Notes: generated from the sequence alone by a model not told the origin. Positions 38,849 to 49,227 are shown, numbered from the stretch's first letter. The stretch: DNA of 64,000 nucleotides from a bacterium (GCA_963675295.2 CAXXKJ010000002.1:1632001-1696000); one strand, 5' to 3'. Translations and numbers: made by a program.

Positions 38849-41599
38849 ATGATTGCGAGAATGTTACCTCTTCTGCTGGTTGCTCTGCTGTTTCTGTCCG
38901 TCACGCCAATCCAGGCCCGCTACGTTCCGTTTGAACCCGGCCAAACCCTGATGCCGGAAGCTCCCCCGGTCCTTGATCTTGAGCGATATCCCAGCTCATC
39001 CGCGTACCACAACCGGATGGTGTATATCAAGGCAGGTACAGGGTACATGTACTTGATCAAAAGCAATGGTGACCATTTCCGGTTCGGGCCGTACAGCGGA
39101 TACAGTGACGCGCACGTCGCTGATCTGGACAACGACGAGGAGTACGATATCGTGGCGGCCAATCCGGAGGGTGGGTTTGTCCGTGCGTTGTCGCCCGGCA
39201 CCTACAACGGTGACTGGGATGGAATGTTTGTGGATCAGGACAATCCCGGTGTGAGCCGGGTGTCCTCGGCTGATATCGATGACGACGGTGATCTCGACAT
39301 TCTCGCTGGCGGCGAATCGGTTCTCTGCTGGTATGAGCTTGAAACCGGTCCCGTGTTTACGCGGCATCTGATCGCAACGGAGTACCCGTTGGTGGGGGAT
39401 ATCGTCCCCGCCGACTATGACGGAGATGGCGACATTGATATCGCCGTGCTCACAGGTTCACCCACCGAGCTGACGATCTGGGAAAATGCGGATACGGGAT
39501 TTGTGGAACATGTCGTCGCTACAGTTCCGGAGATGCGTGTGCTGGCTGGGCTGGATATGGATGTCGATGGTTTGCCGGACCTGGCGGCTGGGGGGTTGCA
39601 AACAATCCCGCAGTTGTTTACGAATCAGGGGAATTGGGTTTTCACCAGCTCAGCCATGAGTTCAGCGGCAACGACCATCTCGGATTTCGCCGTGCATGAC
39701 TGGGACGCGGATGGCGATCCCGATCTCGCGAGCGCGCATCCCGTTTCGAACCGGGTCGGCTATTTCGAGAACCAGGGAGAGTACGGTTTCGTCTTCGCGC
39801 CTGTTGACGTGGCGGTGGAAAATGTGTGGCAAGTGCTTCCGCTCTACATCAACACGGACAGTTATCCTGACCTTGTTGCCGGTTCACGCACGGAAAGTGG
39901 CTTGGAGGGCTGGAGATTCTCGGGGCGTGGTACAATTCGGCCATTCACGGCGATGGAACCAAAGTCAGTCTATATTCAACGATTTGTCGACTTTGACGGC
40001 GATGGAGACGTCGATATCTTGGCTTCGGAGGAAGATAACGACCGGATCATGTTTATCGAAACCCTAGATAATTTGCAGTTCGATCAACATATCCTGCTGG
40101 ACGGATTTTACTGGATACATTTTGATTATGCGGATTTTGATTCTGATGGGGATTATGATGTCGTTGTCGCAGACACATATTATGATTTGATATACTATGA
40201 AAACGAGGGAGACAATATCAATTTTACGCCGCACGTTTTAGAAGCTCTGGAACACGATATGGCATTCGTTAAAACCGGTGATCTCGACAGCGACGGCGAT
40301 CAGGATTTTGTCGTCGTCGTCAATGATCACGACATCACAAGCTGGTACAATGACGGGACAGGCCAGTTCACCTCGCACCTGCTGGTGGATCTTGAAAGCT
40401 ACCATGAACACCGGGATATCCTGTTGCTGGACGATGACGGCGATGGTGACCTCGACCTCTTCATTCCTGGAATCGGCGTCAATACAGATTGGCTGATCTG
40501 GTACTACGAAAATCGGGGTGTTGGCGAGGTCGGCCCGCGTACCATCCTCTACGAAGGTCTTTGGAACACCTGTGAACACCCGATTTTCACCGACTGGGAC
40601 TTTGATGGCGATCAGGATATCGTCATGGCCTATTTTTCGGAGAAGACCGTTCTCGAAAACCAGGGGGGTGGACGTTGGGATGCGTTCTCACTGGCCATTG
40701 ATCCTGATGTAACCAGTTGGGTGGCGCCGATCGATTACGATGATGACGGTGACATGGATTTGCTCGAACTGCGCGACGAGATCTTCTGGCACCGCAATCC
40801 CGGCGGGACAGATGTTTGGGATACGGTCTTGCTGGCGTATGCCCCGGTGGATTTCCTCGCCACCAATCTCCTCACGCACGACCTCGATGGTGACGGGGTG
40901 GACGAAATCGTCACCGCTGGCGTTGATCCCGGACTCACGGTTTGGGTGCAGGAGTTTGCAACCGGCGATCTGCGGTTCGCGATTCACCCGCCGGACGACA
41001 CAATTCTTCCCGCGACGGGTGGAGCTCTCACCTATCATGCCGGTGTGCGCAACCAGTCGGAAACGGACAGTTGGGCTGGGCAAATATGGGCGACAGTGCT
41101 CGATCCGGACGGCGCGTTGTTTGATCAGACGATGGGCAGCGTGTATCTCGCACCGGGTTCAGGACGGCACGTATCACAGGTGATCGAGGTCGCCCAGGAC
41201 GTGCCGGCGGGCGAGTATACGGTCGATGTATCGCTCGGCTACTTCCCGCAACTGGCGTTCATGACCGAATCATTTTCCTTCACCAAGTTGCCCGCGACTG
41301 CTGCTGGAATTGACCAGGGAACCGGGGATCCAATTCCGGGTCAGTGCAGCTTCAGTGTTGGGCCGAATCCGTTTAACAGCGTGGCGGTCATCCAGCTCCA
41401 ACTGCCGGAGGCAACGGCTGTGAAGGTGGAAGTGTTTGATGTGCTGGGTCGTCACGTCGCCACCCTGGTCGACCATCAGTTGGAATCCGGTTCGTACCGG
41501 TTCAGCTGGCAGGCCGGGCAACACGCCAGCGGCTTGTATTTCGTGCACCTGGCTGCAGGTGAACTTGATCAAACGCGGAAAGTGTTGCTAGTCAGGTAA
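38849..41599 (+). CDS. FG-GAP/VCBS-repeat secreted protein with T9SS sorting domain
   Basis: Signal IQA-R, DxDxDGDxD repeats, GPNPFN...ASGLYFV...KVLLVR. Confidence 0.9.
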   Translation: MIARMLPLLLVALLFLSVTPIQARYVPFEPGQTLMPEAPPVLDLERYPSSSAYHNRMVYIKAGTGYMYLIKSNGDHFRFGPYSGYSDAHVADLDNDEEYDIVAANPEGGFVRALSPGTYNGDWDGMFVDQDNPGVSRVSSADIDDDGDLDILAGGESVLCWYELETGPVFTRHLIATEYPLVGDIVPADYDGDGDIDIAVLTGSPTELTIWENADTGFVEHVVATVPEMRVLAGLDMDVDGLPDLAAGGLQTIPQLFTNQGNWVFTSSAMSSAATTISDFAVHDWDADGDPDLASAHPVSNRVGYFENQGEYGFVFAPVDVAVENVWQVLPLYINTDSYPDLVAGSRTESGLEGWRFSGRGTIRPFTAMEPKSVYIQRFVDFDGDGDVDILASEEDNDRIMFIETLDNLQFDQHILLDGFYWIHFDYADFDSDGDYDVVVADTYYDLIYYENEGDNINFTPHVLEALEHDMAFVKTGDLDSDGDQDFVVVVNDHDITSWYNDGTGQFTSHLLVDLESYHEHRDILLLDDDGDGDLDLFIPGIGVNTDWLIWYYENRGVGEVGPRTILYEGLWNTCEHPIFTDWDFDGDQDIVMAYFSEKTVLENQGGGRWDAFSLAIDPDVTSWVAPIDYDDDGDMDLLELRDEIFWHRNPGGTDVWDTVLLAYAPVDFLATNLLTHDLDGDGVDEIVTAGVDPGLTVWVQEFATGDLRFAIHPPDDTILPATGGALTYHAGVRNQSETDSWAGQIWATVLDPDGALFDQTMGSVYLAPGSGRHVSQVIEVAQDVPAGEYTVDVSLGYFPQLAFMTESFSFTKLPATAAGIDQGTGDPIPGQCSFSVGPNPFNSVAVIQLQLPEATAVKVEVFDVLGRHVATLVDHQLESGSYRFSWQAGQHASGLYFVHLAAGELDQTRKVLLVR

Positions 41600-42017
41600 C
41601 CAGTGTCCATACACTAGTGACGTCGAGATGATAGAGGGGACGAATGGTAATCGTCCCATGTTTGCTATTCCATTGTAGCTGTTGTGCAATTCTTTCGGGT
41701 AACTATCATTTCGGCTTCTTCATTCTGGTGACTACCCTTACAGTGGCAGTAGCAGAGAAAAGCATACGTCCAGCTGTGTCCCCGGCTGCCCCCGGAGGCA
41801 TGGGGGGACGGATGTTTTGGGTCACTTGTCCGCCTCTTGGTTTGTAACTATGTTTTGCGCGTGGAACCGTGGAACGTTTGCCGGAATGCGCGGACGGTAT
41901 GAATGTTCTTCGTGAAGCTGCGAACGTGTTCCACGGCGCTTGCGGAACTTCTTGCACCGGTTTGACGAAAACCGGTCTGTCAAACGATATACGACCTGCC
42001 GGGACGGAGTCAAGGCA

Positions 42018-43043
42018 ATGTCCTTTTTCGGGCTGAAGGGTTTTCTCACCAGCGACATCGCGATGGATCTGGGCACGGCGAACACGCTTGTGTACGTCAA
42101 GGGCCAGGGGATCATTCTGCGCGAGCCGTCGGTGGTGGCAATTCGGAAAGATGACAACAAGGTGATGGCCATCGGGCGTGAAGCTCGTGAAATGTTGGGC
42201 AAGACGCATGGCCAGATCGAGGTAATTCGCCCGATGCGGCACGGTGTGATCGACGACGACGAGGTCGCGGAGATCATGATCCGGTCGTTTTTGCGGCGTG
42301 TGGTGAAGAACCGGTTGATTCGTCCGCGGGCGATTGTGTGTGTCCCGTCCGGCGTGACGAAATCAGAGAAGCGCATCATCCGGGACGCGGCGGAACACGC
42401 GGGTTGCCGTGAGGTGCATCTGATCGCCGAACCGATGGCGGCGGCGCTCGGTGTCGGGTTGCCGGTGCAGGAGGCGGTCGGGTCGATGGTGATTGACATC
42501 GGCGGTGGCACGACGGAGATCGCGATTATTTCGCTGAGCGGGATTGTGAACGACACGTCGATCCGTGTTGGCGGCGACGAAATGGACGATACGATTGTCC
42601 AGTTCATGCGCCGCAACTACAACCTGCTGATCGGTGACCGGATGGCGGAAGAGATCAAGCAGAAGGTCGGGTCGGCGGTTCCGTTGGAGCAGGAACTGTC
42701 AATGATCGCGAAGGGCCGTGACCTGGTCGCCGGCATTCCGAAGGCAATCGAGATCAACTCTGTGGAGATCCGGGAAGCGATCGCGGAACCGGTCGGGCAG
42801 ATTGTGGACGCCGTCAAGCTGGCGCTCGAGCGCACCCCGCCGATGTTGTCGGCGGATATCCGTGACCGTGGGATCATTCTGACCGGCGGCGGCGCGTTGC
42901 TGCGTGGGCTCGATCAGCGGCTGCGTGACGAGACCAGCCTGCCGATCAACCTCGCGGAAGATCCGTTGACCTGTGTCGTGCGTGGGACCGGCGTCGTATT
43001 GGATCACATCGAAAAACACGAAGCAGTGTTGTTGAAGAGTTAG
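42018..43043 (+). CDS. mreB: Rod shape-determining protein MreB
   Basis: DLGTANT, IAEPMAAA, DIGGGTT, TGGGALL. Confidence 0.97.
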   Translation: MSFFGLKGFLTSDIAMDLGTANTLVYVKGQGIILREPSVVAIRKDDNKVMAIGREAREMLGKTHGQIEVIRPMRHGVIDDDEVAEIMIRSFLRRVVKNRLIRPRAIVCVPSGVTKSEKRIIRDAAEHAGCREVHLIAEPMAAALGVGLPVQEAVGSMVIDIGGGTTEIAIISLSGIVNDTSIRVGGDEMDDTIVQFMRRNYNLLIGDRMAEEIKQKVGSAVPLEQELSMIAKGRDLVAGIPKAIEINSVEIREAIAEPVGQIVDAVKLALERTPPMLSADIRDRGIILTGGGALLRGLDQRLRDETSLPINLAEDPLTCVVRGTGVVLDHIEKHEAVLLKS

Positions 43044-43072
43044 GCTGCGGGCTGCGGACTTACGGACTGCTG

Positions 43073-43137
43073 TTTGGGGACACTTTGTCCTCAAAGTGTC
43101 CCCAAATTGCCGGGACACTTAGCGGAGTAAGTGTCCC
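43073..43137. repeat. Twin REP-like palindromes
   Basis: TTTGGGGACACTTTG-tcct-CAAAGTGTCCCCAAA (15-bp perfect stem) and GGGACACTTA-gcggag-TAAGTGTCCC. Confidence 0.85.
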
Positions 43138-43206
43138 TTGTTCTTTGAGCCCAGAGCCCGAGGCCCGTTGTAGCATTTAATCCATTCCTCTTTCTCAAAA
43201 GTCTGC

Positions 43207-44061
43207 ATGCGACTTTTTGCCCTTCTTGACCGTCTCCGTGACTGGGTGGCGCTGCTGGTTGTGCTGATTGTGTCGATGATCACGATGAGTGCGTCCGACC
43301 ATCCCTCTGCGGAAACCTTCCGCCATTCGATCGGGCGTCCCCTCGAATTGCTGGCCTCTCCGGTGTCGGCGTTGATACGAGCGACGACGTTGTGGAAAGA
43401 GAACGCCGAGTTACGTGCCGAATTGATCACGATGAGCATGGAGCGCAACCAGTACCGCGATGCGTTGCTGGAAAATTCACGGCTGCGCCGGTTGCTTGGC
43501 TTCCGGGACCGTCCGGAGTTCAAATACCTCGCGGCGGAGGTGGTGGCGCGCGATCCGAATCCGGCGTTCAGCAGCCTGACGTTGGACAAGGGACGGTATG
43601 ACGGCGTTGTCGTCGGGCAGGCAGTGGTGACCTCGGGCGGACTGGCGGGCGTGGTGCACCGGGCTGGTCCGAGCAGTTCGACGGTCCTGCTCGCGACGGA
43701 CCGCAACTTCGCCGTCAGCGCGCGAGTGGAACGGACACGTGTGGACGGCATCGTGCGCTGGTCAGGCGGTTACCAGTTGCAACTCACCGAAGTTCCGCGC
43801 AACCTGGACGTCAAAGCCGGCGACCGGATTGTCACCTCCGGCTTGGGCGGCCTGATTCCCGGCGGGATACCCATCGGCCTGGTGGAAGAGGTGAAGCTCG
43901 ACGACCCGTTGTTTATGGAGGTCAGCGTCGATCCGTACGTGCCGTACGCCCGCCTGGAAGAGGTGTTTGTGCTGATTCCGCGCTGGCCGCTGACTGGCAC
44001 CGGTGACGACAGCACGGCGGCTGCCGACTCTCTCGCCGCCACGGCGGGAGGTGAGCGATGA
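43207..44061 (+). CDS. mreC: Rod shape-determining protein MreC
   Basis: ENSRLRRLL, LDKG..DGV, TSGLGG..P.GIPIG. Confidence 0.95.
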   Translation: MRLFALLDRLRDWVALLVVLIVSMITMSASDHPSAETFRHSIGRPLELLASPVSALIRATTLWKENAELRAELITMSMERNQYRDALLENSRLRRLLGFRDRPEFKYLAAEVVARDPNPAFSSLTLDKGRYDGVVVGQAVVTSGGLAGVVHRAGPSSSTVLLATDRNFAVSARVERTRVDGIVRWSGGYQLQLTEVPRNLDVKAGDRIVTSGLGGLIPGGIPIGLVEEVKLDDPLFMEVSVDPYVPYARLEEVFVLIPRWPLTGTGDDSTAAADSLAATAGGER

Positions 44062-44546
44062 GACGCGGGCCGATGTACATCATCATGGGGATCGCGTTGC
44101 TGCTGCAGGTTACGCTGGTCCCGTACGCCGGCACCGAGACGATCCGTCCGAACCTGCCGTTGCTGATTCTGATCGTGATCGCAGTGCGCATGGGCGCGTT
44201 GGAAGCGGTGATCTGGGGGGCGGTGGTTGGGTATGTGATGGGTTTGATCTCGTCCGAACCGCTGGGCATGTCGGCGTTTATCCTCGCGTTGGCCGGATTT
44301 ACGGTCGGCAAGGCGTTCGCGAGTGACGTGATGCCGCCGTTGCATTTGTGGGCGTCCGCCAGTGGCGCGGGGGTGATGATCGCCGCGCTGTCGTGGTCGG
44401 CGTTGTATTCGATGGGAACCCTCGCCCCGGTCGGGGTGGTGTTCCTGAAGCAAGCGATACCCTCGGCGTTTTACACGTGGGCGCTTGGCATGTTGTGGGC
44501 GATCAGCCCGTTGTACGCGAGACGTGGCAGGGTTCATCTTGACTGA
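44058..44546 (+). CDS. mreD: Rod shape-determining protein MreD
   Basis: Hydrophobic 162 aa, PNLPLL, synteny. Confidence 0.88.
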   Translation: MRRGPMYIIMGIALLLQVTLVPYAGTETIRPNLPLLILIVIAVRMGALEAVIWGAVVGYVMGLISSEPLGMSAFILALAGFTVGKAFASDVMPPLHLWASASGAGVMIAALSWSALYSMGTLAPVGVVFLKQAIPSAFYTWALGMLWAISPLYARRGRVHLD

Positions 44547-46413
44547 GCGGACGAAAGCAAGCGTGCGGTTTGACCCGAACCGGTTGAACGCGCTAATTCT
44601 GGTGGCGGTGTTGCTGTGCCTCGTCCTGCTGTTTCGTCTCGCCCGCCTGCAGTTGGTTCAGTCCGATCTCTACCTGCGCCAATCCCAGACCAACCGTGTC
44701 CGCGTGATGGAGCAGCCGCCGTTGCGTGGCCTGATGCTCGACCGTCACGGTCGCTTGTTGGTCGACAACTACCCTTCCTACACGTTGATGGGCATTCCGC
44801 GTGTCATCCAGCAGAATCCGGACACTCGCGACACGTTGCTCGCCATCACGGGCATTGACAGCGTCGAATTCGAGAAGCGGCTGAACAAGATTCCCGGGAA
44901 CTGGTATACGCCGGTTCGCCTGTTACGCGACGTCCCGTTCGAAATGATGGCGGCGATTGAGGAACGGCGGGCACGCATCCCGGGCGTGCACTTTCGCGTT
45001 GAGGTGAAACGGGCGTATCCGAACCCGATCGCGTCGCACACCCTGGGTCACATCGGCGAGCTGAAGATCGAGCGCAAGGACGAGTTCCCCAACTTCCAGG
45101 AGGGGGATATCGTTGGCCTGGCGGGCCTCGAGCAGCAGTGGAACACGGTGCTTACCGGGCAGCGTGGGTACGAATATCTCGAGGTGGACGCCAAGGGCCG
45201 GATCATTGGCCCACTCCCCGGGATGGAGTCGCAGGATCCGTCGCCCGGGTCCGACCTGATCCTGACGATTGACCTTGAGCTGCAACAGACCGCAGAACAA
45301 TTGCTGGAAGGCAAGGCCGGGTCGGCGGTGTGCATCGAACCGAAAACCGGCGAAGTGCTGGTACTGGCCTCGGTGCCGGATTACCCGCCGGAAACGTTCG
45401 CGGGTACGTTGAGTCCCGCCGAGTGGCAGGCGTTGCAGGACGATCCGATGAAGCCGTTGATCCATCGCGCGGTGCAGGGGTCGTATCCGCCGGGGTCGAC
45501 GTTCAAGATGGGTGTACTCGCATCCGGGTTGGAGAGCGGGACAATCACGACCAGCTGGGAAGTCACCTGTGCGGGCGGGTATCAGTTGGGCCGCCGTTTC
45601 TTCCGTTGCTGGAATCACGGCGGGCACGGCGTTGTCGACCACCGGCTGTCGATTGAATCATCCTGTGACGTGTTTTATTACCTGCTCGGCCGGCAGATGG
45701 GGATCGAAACGTTCTACGAGTACATGAGCCGGTTCCCATTCGGTCAGAAAACCGGAATCGACCTGCCACATGAGAGCGCCGGCATCCTGCCAAGCCAGGA
45801 ATACCTGGACAGACGTTACGGCGGCGGTTGGACCGAGGGCCAGCTGTTCAACATCTCGATCGGGCAGGGCGATGTGCTGACAACGCCTTTGCAGTGCGCG
45901 ACCTTTGCCGCTTCGCTGGCAAACGGCGGCTGGTGGATCGAGCCACATCTGGTCAAGTATGTCAAGAATGGGGAATCCTACCAGCAGCCGGATCTGCCAT
46001 TGACGCGTCACGAAACGGGCTTCTCAGACGAGGTGATGAAACTGGTCCGGGATGACATGCTGGCGGTGACCGAGGGCCCGCGCGGGACAGCCCACTGGTT
46101 GCAGGATCCACGGCTACAGGTTGCAGGCAAGACCGGCACATCGCAGAACCCGCATGGCGAGGATCATGCGTTGTTCGTCGCGTTTGCCCCATTCGAGGAT
46201 CCGGAAATCGCGGTGGCGGTGGTGGTCGAGCATGGCGAGCACGGGTCAACGGCGGCCGCGCCGATCGCGTACAAACTGATTCGTAAATATTTCGGTCTGG
46301 ACGAAGAAACCTGGCAGCAGTACCGCTGGAGTGTGCTCCGGGAACGTGCGAACCGGGCTCGAGCGGACAGTCTCGCAGCAGCTCAGCAAGACAGCCTGGA
46401 GACGCTTGAATGA
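44539..46413 (+). CDS. mrdA: Penicillin-binding protein 2
   Basis: RG..LDRHG, PPGSTFK, SCD, KTGT; start codon uncertain. Confidence 0.95.
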   Translation: MTERTKASVRFDPNRLNALILVAVLLCLVLLFRLARLQLVQSDLYLRQSQTNRVRVMEQPPLRGLMLDRHGRLLVDNYPSYTLMGIPRVIQQNPDTRDTLLAITGIDSVEFEKRLNKIPGNWYTPVRLLRDVPFEMMAAIEERRARIPGVHFRVEVKRAYPNPIASHTLGHIGELKIERKDEFPNFQEGDIVGLAGLEQQWNTVLTGQRGYEYLEVDAKGRIIGPLPGMESQDPSPGSDLILTIDLELQQTAEQLLEGKAGSAVCIEPKTGEVLVLASVPDYPPETFAGTLSPAEWQALQDDPMKPLIHRAVQGSYPPGSTFKMGVLASGLESGTITTSWEVTCAGGYQLGRRFFRCWNHGGHGVVDHRLSIESSCDVFYYLLGRQMGIETFYEYMSRFPFGQKTGIDLPHESAGILPSQEYLDRRYGGGWTEGQLFNISIGQGDVLTTPLQCATFAASLANGGWWIEPHLVKYVKNGESYQQPDLPLTRHETGFSDEVMKLVRDDMLAVTEGPRGTAHWLQDPRLQVAGKTGTSQNPHGEDHALFVAFAPFEDPEIAVAVVVEHGEHGSTAAAPIAYKLIRKYFGLDEETWQQYRWSVLRERANRARADSLAAAQQDSLETLE

Positions 46414-47615
46414 ACGCGCTGATCCGTCAAGACGAATGGTACATCCCGATCCTCACGCTGATCCTGCTGGCGATGGGGCTGACGGCGGTGTACAGCGCGT
46501 CGATCAGCACCGACTCGACGCTGTTCATCCGGCAATTGATCTACGTCGGCGTGGGCATCGTGTTGTTTGCGGTGTCGGCGTTCCTGCCGGAGCGGCTGCT
46601 GTTCGCGTTTACCTTCATTATCTATGGCGTGGTGCTGTTGATGCTGGTTGTGGTGCTGTTTATCGGCACCGGACCCACTGGCCGCTGGATCGGGGTGGGA
46701 GCGTTCCACATCCAACCCTCCGAGCTGGCGAAGCTGGGCATCATCATCGTGGTTGCCAACCTGCTCAGCGACAAACGCTTCGACTTGTCGCAATGGAAAT
46801 ATGTCGTACTGCTCGCCCTCGTTTCGGGGCTGCCGTTCGTGCTCATCCTGCTCGAGCCGGATCTTGGCACTTCACTTGTAATTCCGGTGATTGTCGGAGT
46901 GATGGCCTACTGGGCGGGATTGCCGCTGCTGGTGCTGGTGATTGTCAGCAGCCCGCTGGCGGTGATGCTGGCGAGCACGAATCCGTACACGTTAACCGTG
47001 ATCATCGGTCTGCTGATTCTGTTCGCGTATTGGTCGGGAATCCGCATCAGCCTCGCGGTGGTGTGGGGGATTATCGTTGGCGCGGCGGGTTCGCTGGCGC
47101 CGGTGATGTTGAACAAGCTGCAACCGTACCAGCGTGCGCGTTTGACCGCGTTCCTCGATCCGGAAGCGGACCCCTTGGGAGCAGGTTACCAGTTGATTCA
47201 GTCCAAGGTGGCGATCGGATCGGGCCGGTTCTGGGGCAAGGGGTTGCTCGAGGGCAGCCAGACCCAGGGTGGATTCCTGCCGGAACAGCACACCGACTTC
47301 ATTTTCTCGGTGATCGGGGAGGAGCTGGGGTTTGTCGGTGCGGCGATTGGCGTGATCCTGTTCTGGGTGTTGATTGTGCGCATGCTGTGGTTGGCTCGCC
47401 GGGTGGAATCGCCGTTCGCAAGATTGATCCTGGTGGGTGTGGCGACGATGTTTTCGTTCCAGGTGCTGGTCAACATCGGGATGGTGACCGGGATTATGCC
47501 GGTAACCGGGCTGCCCTTGCCGTTGTTCAGCTATGGCGGGTCGAGTATGATGACCTCGATGATCGCGCTCGGGCTGGTGACTGGACTAGCCTCGCGGAGA
47601 CGAGGCCACGGTTGA
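46410..47615 (+). CDS. rodA: SEDS peptidoglycan polymerase RodA
   Basis: IQPSELAK, EPDLGT, LPEQHTDFIF, SYGGSS. Confidence 0.95.
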   Translation: MNALIRQDEWYIPILTLILLAMGLTAVYSASISTDSTLFIRQLIYVGVGIVLFAVSAFLPERLLFAFTFIIYGVVLLMLVVVLFIGTGPTGRWIGVGAFHIQPSELAKLGIIIVVANLLSDKRFDLSQWKYVVLLALVSGLPFVLILLEPDLGTSLVIPVIVGVMAYWAGLPLLVLVIVSSPLAVMLASTNPYTLTVIIGLLILFAYWSGIRISLAVVWGIIVGAAGSLAPVMLNKLQPYQRARLTAFLDPEADPLGAGYQLIQSKVAIGSGRFWGKGLLEGSQTQGGFLPEQHTDFIFSVIGEELGFVGAAIGVILFWVLIVRMLWLARRVESPFARLILVGVATMFSFQVLVNIGMVTGIMPVTGLPLPLFSYGGSSMMTSMIALGLVTGLASRRRGHG

Positions 47616-47729
47616 ACGCCGGGCGAGCAACCCGTATCTCTTACCAGATTCAGACAGCGATTTGCTGAGTCATGAGGGAGACCGTTCAAGGGGAATCGCG
47701 GTGGACGATTGGGTCAATTCGCCTCCGTG

Positions 47730-47772
47730 CTTACACGACGCTAACAGATTCCTAACACAGCGGCGATAGACT
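47730..47772 (+). promoter_or_regulatory. Pho-box-like triple direct repeat with -10 element
   Basis: CTTACAC/CTAACAG/CTAACAC at exact 11-bp period, TAGACT at 47767-47772, upstream of a Pit transporter. Confidence 0.7.
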
Positions 47773-47925
47773 CGCAGCGCCGGATTCAGCCAACGAATCC
47801 ACTGTGTGCAGGACTGGATTGCAGCCAGGCGGCGCGGATGCTGAACGTACGCGCCGCGGACGTCAACAACAGCTTTTCTTCTCGGCACTGCTTCAACGCC
47901 ACAGACGGAAGAATACGGCCAATTC

Positions 47926-49227
47926 ATGGATTTCTTCTACCCGTTCTTCTTTGGTGATGTTGTTCCCGCCAACGCCGACGTGTTCGTATACCTCGGATTA
48001 TTCGCCGTTGTCTTCGCCGGGTACATGGCGTGGATGATTGGCTCGAACGATGTGGCCAATGCGATGGCGACGTCGGTCGGTTCCAAGGCATTGACCTACA
48101 AGCAGGCCGTGGTTACCGCGGCGATTGCGGACTTCCTCGGCGCGGTTCTCGCGGGTGGAACGGTTACGGATACCGTACGAAAGGGTATTGTTAATTCGGA
48201 CGTGTTCGCCAGCGATCCGAATCTCCTGATTATCGGGATGATTGCGGCGATGCTTTCTGCCGGAATCTGGTTGCATTTGGCGACGAATCTTGGTTTGCCG
48301 GTGTCGACGACGCACTCGATTGTCGGTGCGATTGTCGGGTTCGGGCTGCTGTTGTACGGTGGTCACGCGGTGAACTGGGCGAAGGTTGGCAGCATTGTCG
48401 CGTCGTGGGTGTTGTCGCCGTTTGGTGGCGGTCTGATGGCGATGGGAGTGTTCATTTTCATCCAGAAAGTGATTCTCACCGCCGGCAATCCAATCAAACG
48501 AATGCGCATTTACGGCCCGATGCTCGGTGGTTTCACCATCGGCATGCTGGTCCTTTCCGGGATCTGGAAGGGCTTTGCGAAAATGCAGTTCATGCAGAGC
48601 ATTGACTGGACTCCTATCAAGCTGATCCTTGTCGCGCTGGCCGCGGCAATTGTCGGTTACTTCATCCTCACCGTGCTGGTGCGCCGTTTTGTGCCGGAAA
48701 ACCATCCGGACCTGTCGGGCATCGAGCGCATCTTCATCATTCTGCAGGTGATCACCGCGACGTACGTCGCCTTCTCCCATGGTGCCAACGACGTCGCCAA
48801 CGCCATTGGCCCACTCGCGGCGGTGCTCAGCACGATCCAGACTGGCCAGGTCGCGGCGGGTGTGCCGGTTCCGATGTGGGTGCTGGTCTTCGGTGGTGCG
48901 GGCATTGCGCTCGGCCTGTCGTTGCACGGCTTCAAGGTGATGCGCACCGTCGGCGAGAAGATCACGGAGATTACGCCATCCCGTGGCTTCGCCGCCGAAC
49001 TCAGCGCGGCAACCGTGGTGACACTGTTCTCCAAGCTGGGCATGCCGGTGTCGACGACTCACACGCTCGTCGGCGCGGTGCTCGGGATTGGTATCGTTTC
49101 GGGCTCGGGTGGCTTGAACCTCGGCGTGGTGCGCAACATCGCGTTTTCGTGGATCCTCACGTTGCCGGTCGCCGGCTTGCTGTGTGTGGCGATCTTCTGG
49201 ATCCTGCGTACCGTGATGGGATTTTGA
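47926..49227 (+). CDS. Inorganic phosphate transporter (PiT/PHO4 family)
   Basis: GSNDVANAM, HGANDVANAIG, PVSTTH twice. Confidence 0.95.
   Translation: MDFFYPFFFGDVVPANADVFVYLGLFAVVFAGYMAWMIGSNDVANAMATSVGSKALTYKQAVVTAAIADFLGAVLAGGTVTDTVRKGIVNSDVFASDPNLLIIGMIAAMLSAGIWLHLATNLGLPVSTTHSIVGAIVGFGLLLYGGHAVNWAKVGSIVASWVLSPFGGGLMAMGVFIFIQKVILTAGNPIKRMRIYGPMLGGFTIGMLVLSGIWKGFAKMQFMQSIDWTPIKLILVALAAAIVGYFILTVLVRRFVPENHPDLSGIERIFIILQVITATYVAFSHGANDVANAIGPLAAVLSTIQTGQVAAGVPVPMWVLVFGGAGIALGLSLHGFKVMRTVGEKITEITPSRGFAAELSAATVVTLFSKLGMPVSTTHTLVGAVLGIGIVSGSGGLNLGVVRNIAFSWILTLPVAGLLCVAIFWILRTVMGF

Noticed and set aside
41860-41936. parS sites (CGTGGAAC / TGTTCCACG)
   Set aside because: Only half-sites; no complete 16-bp palindrome
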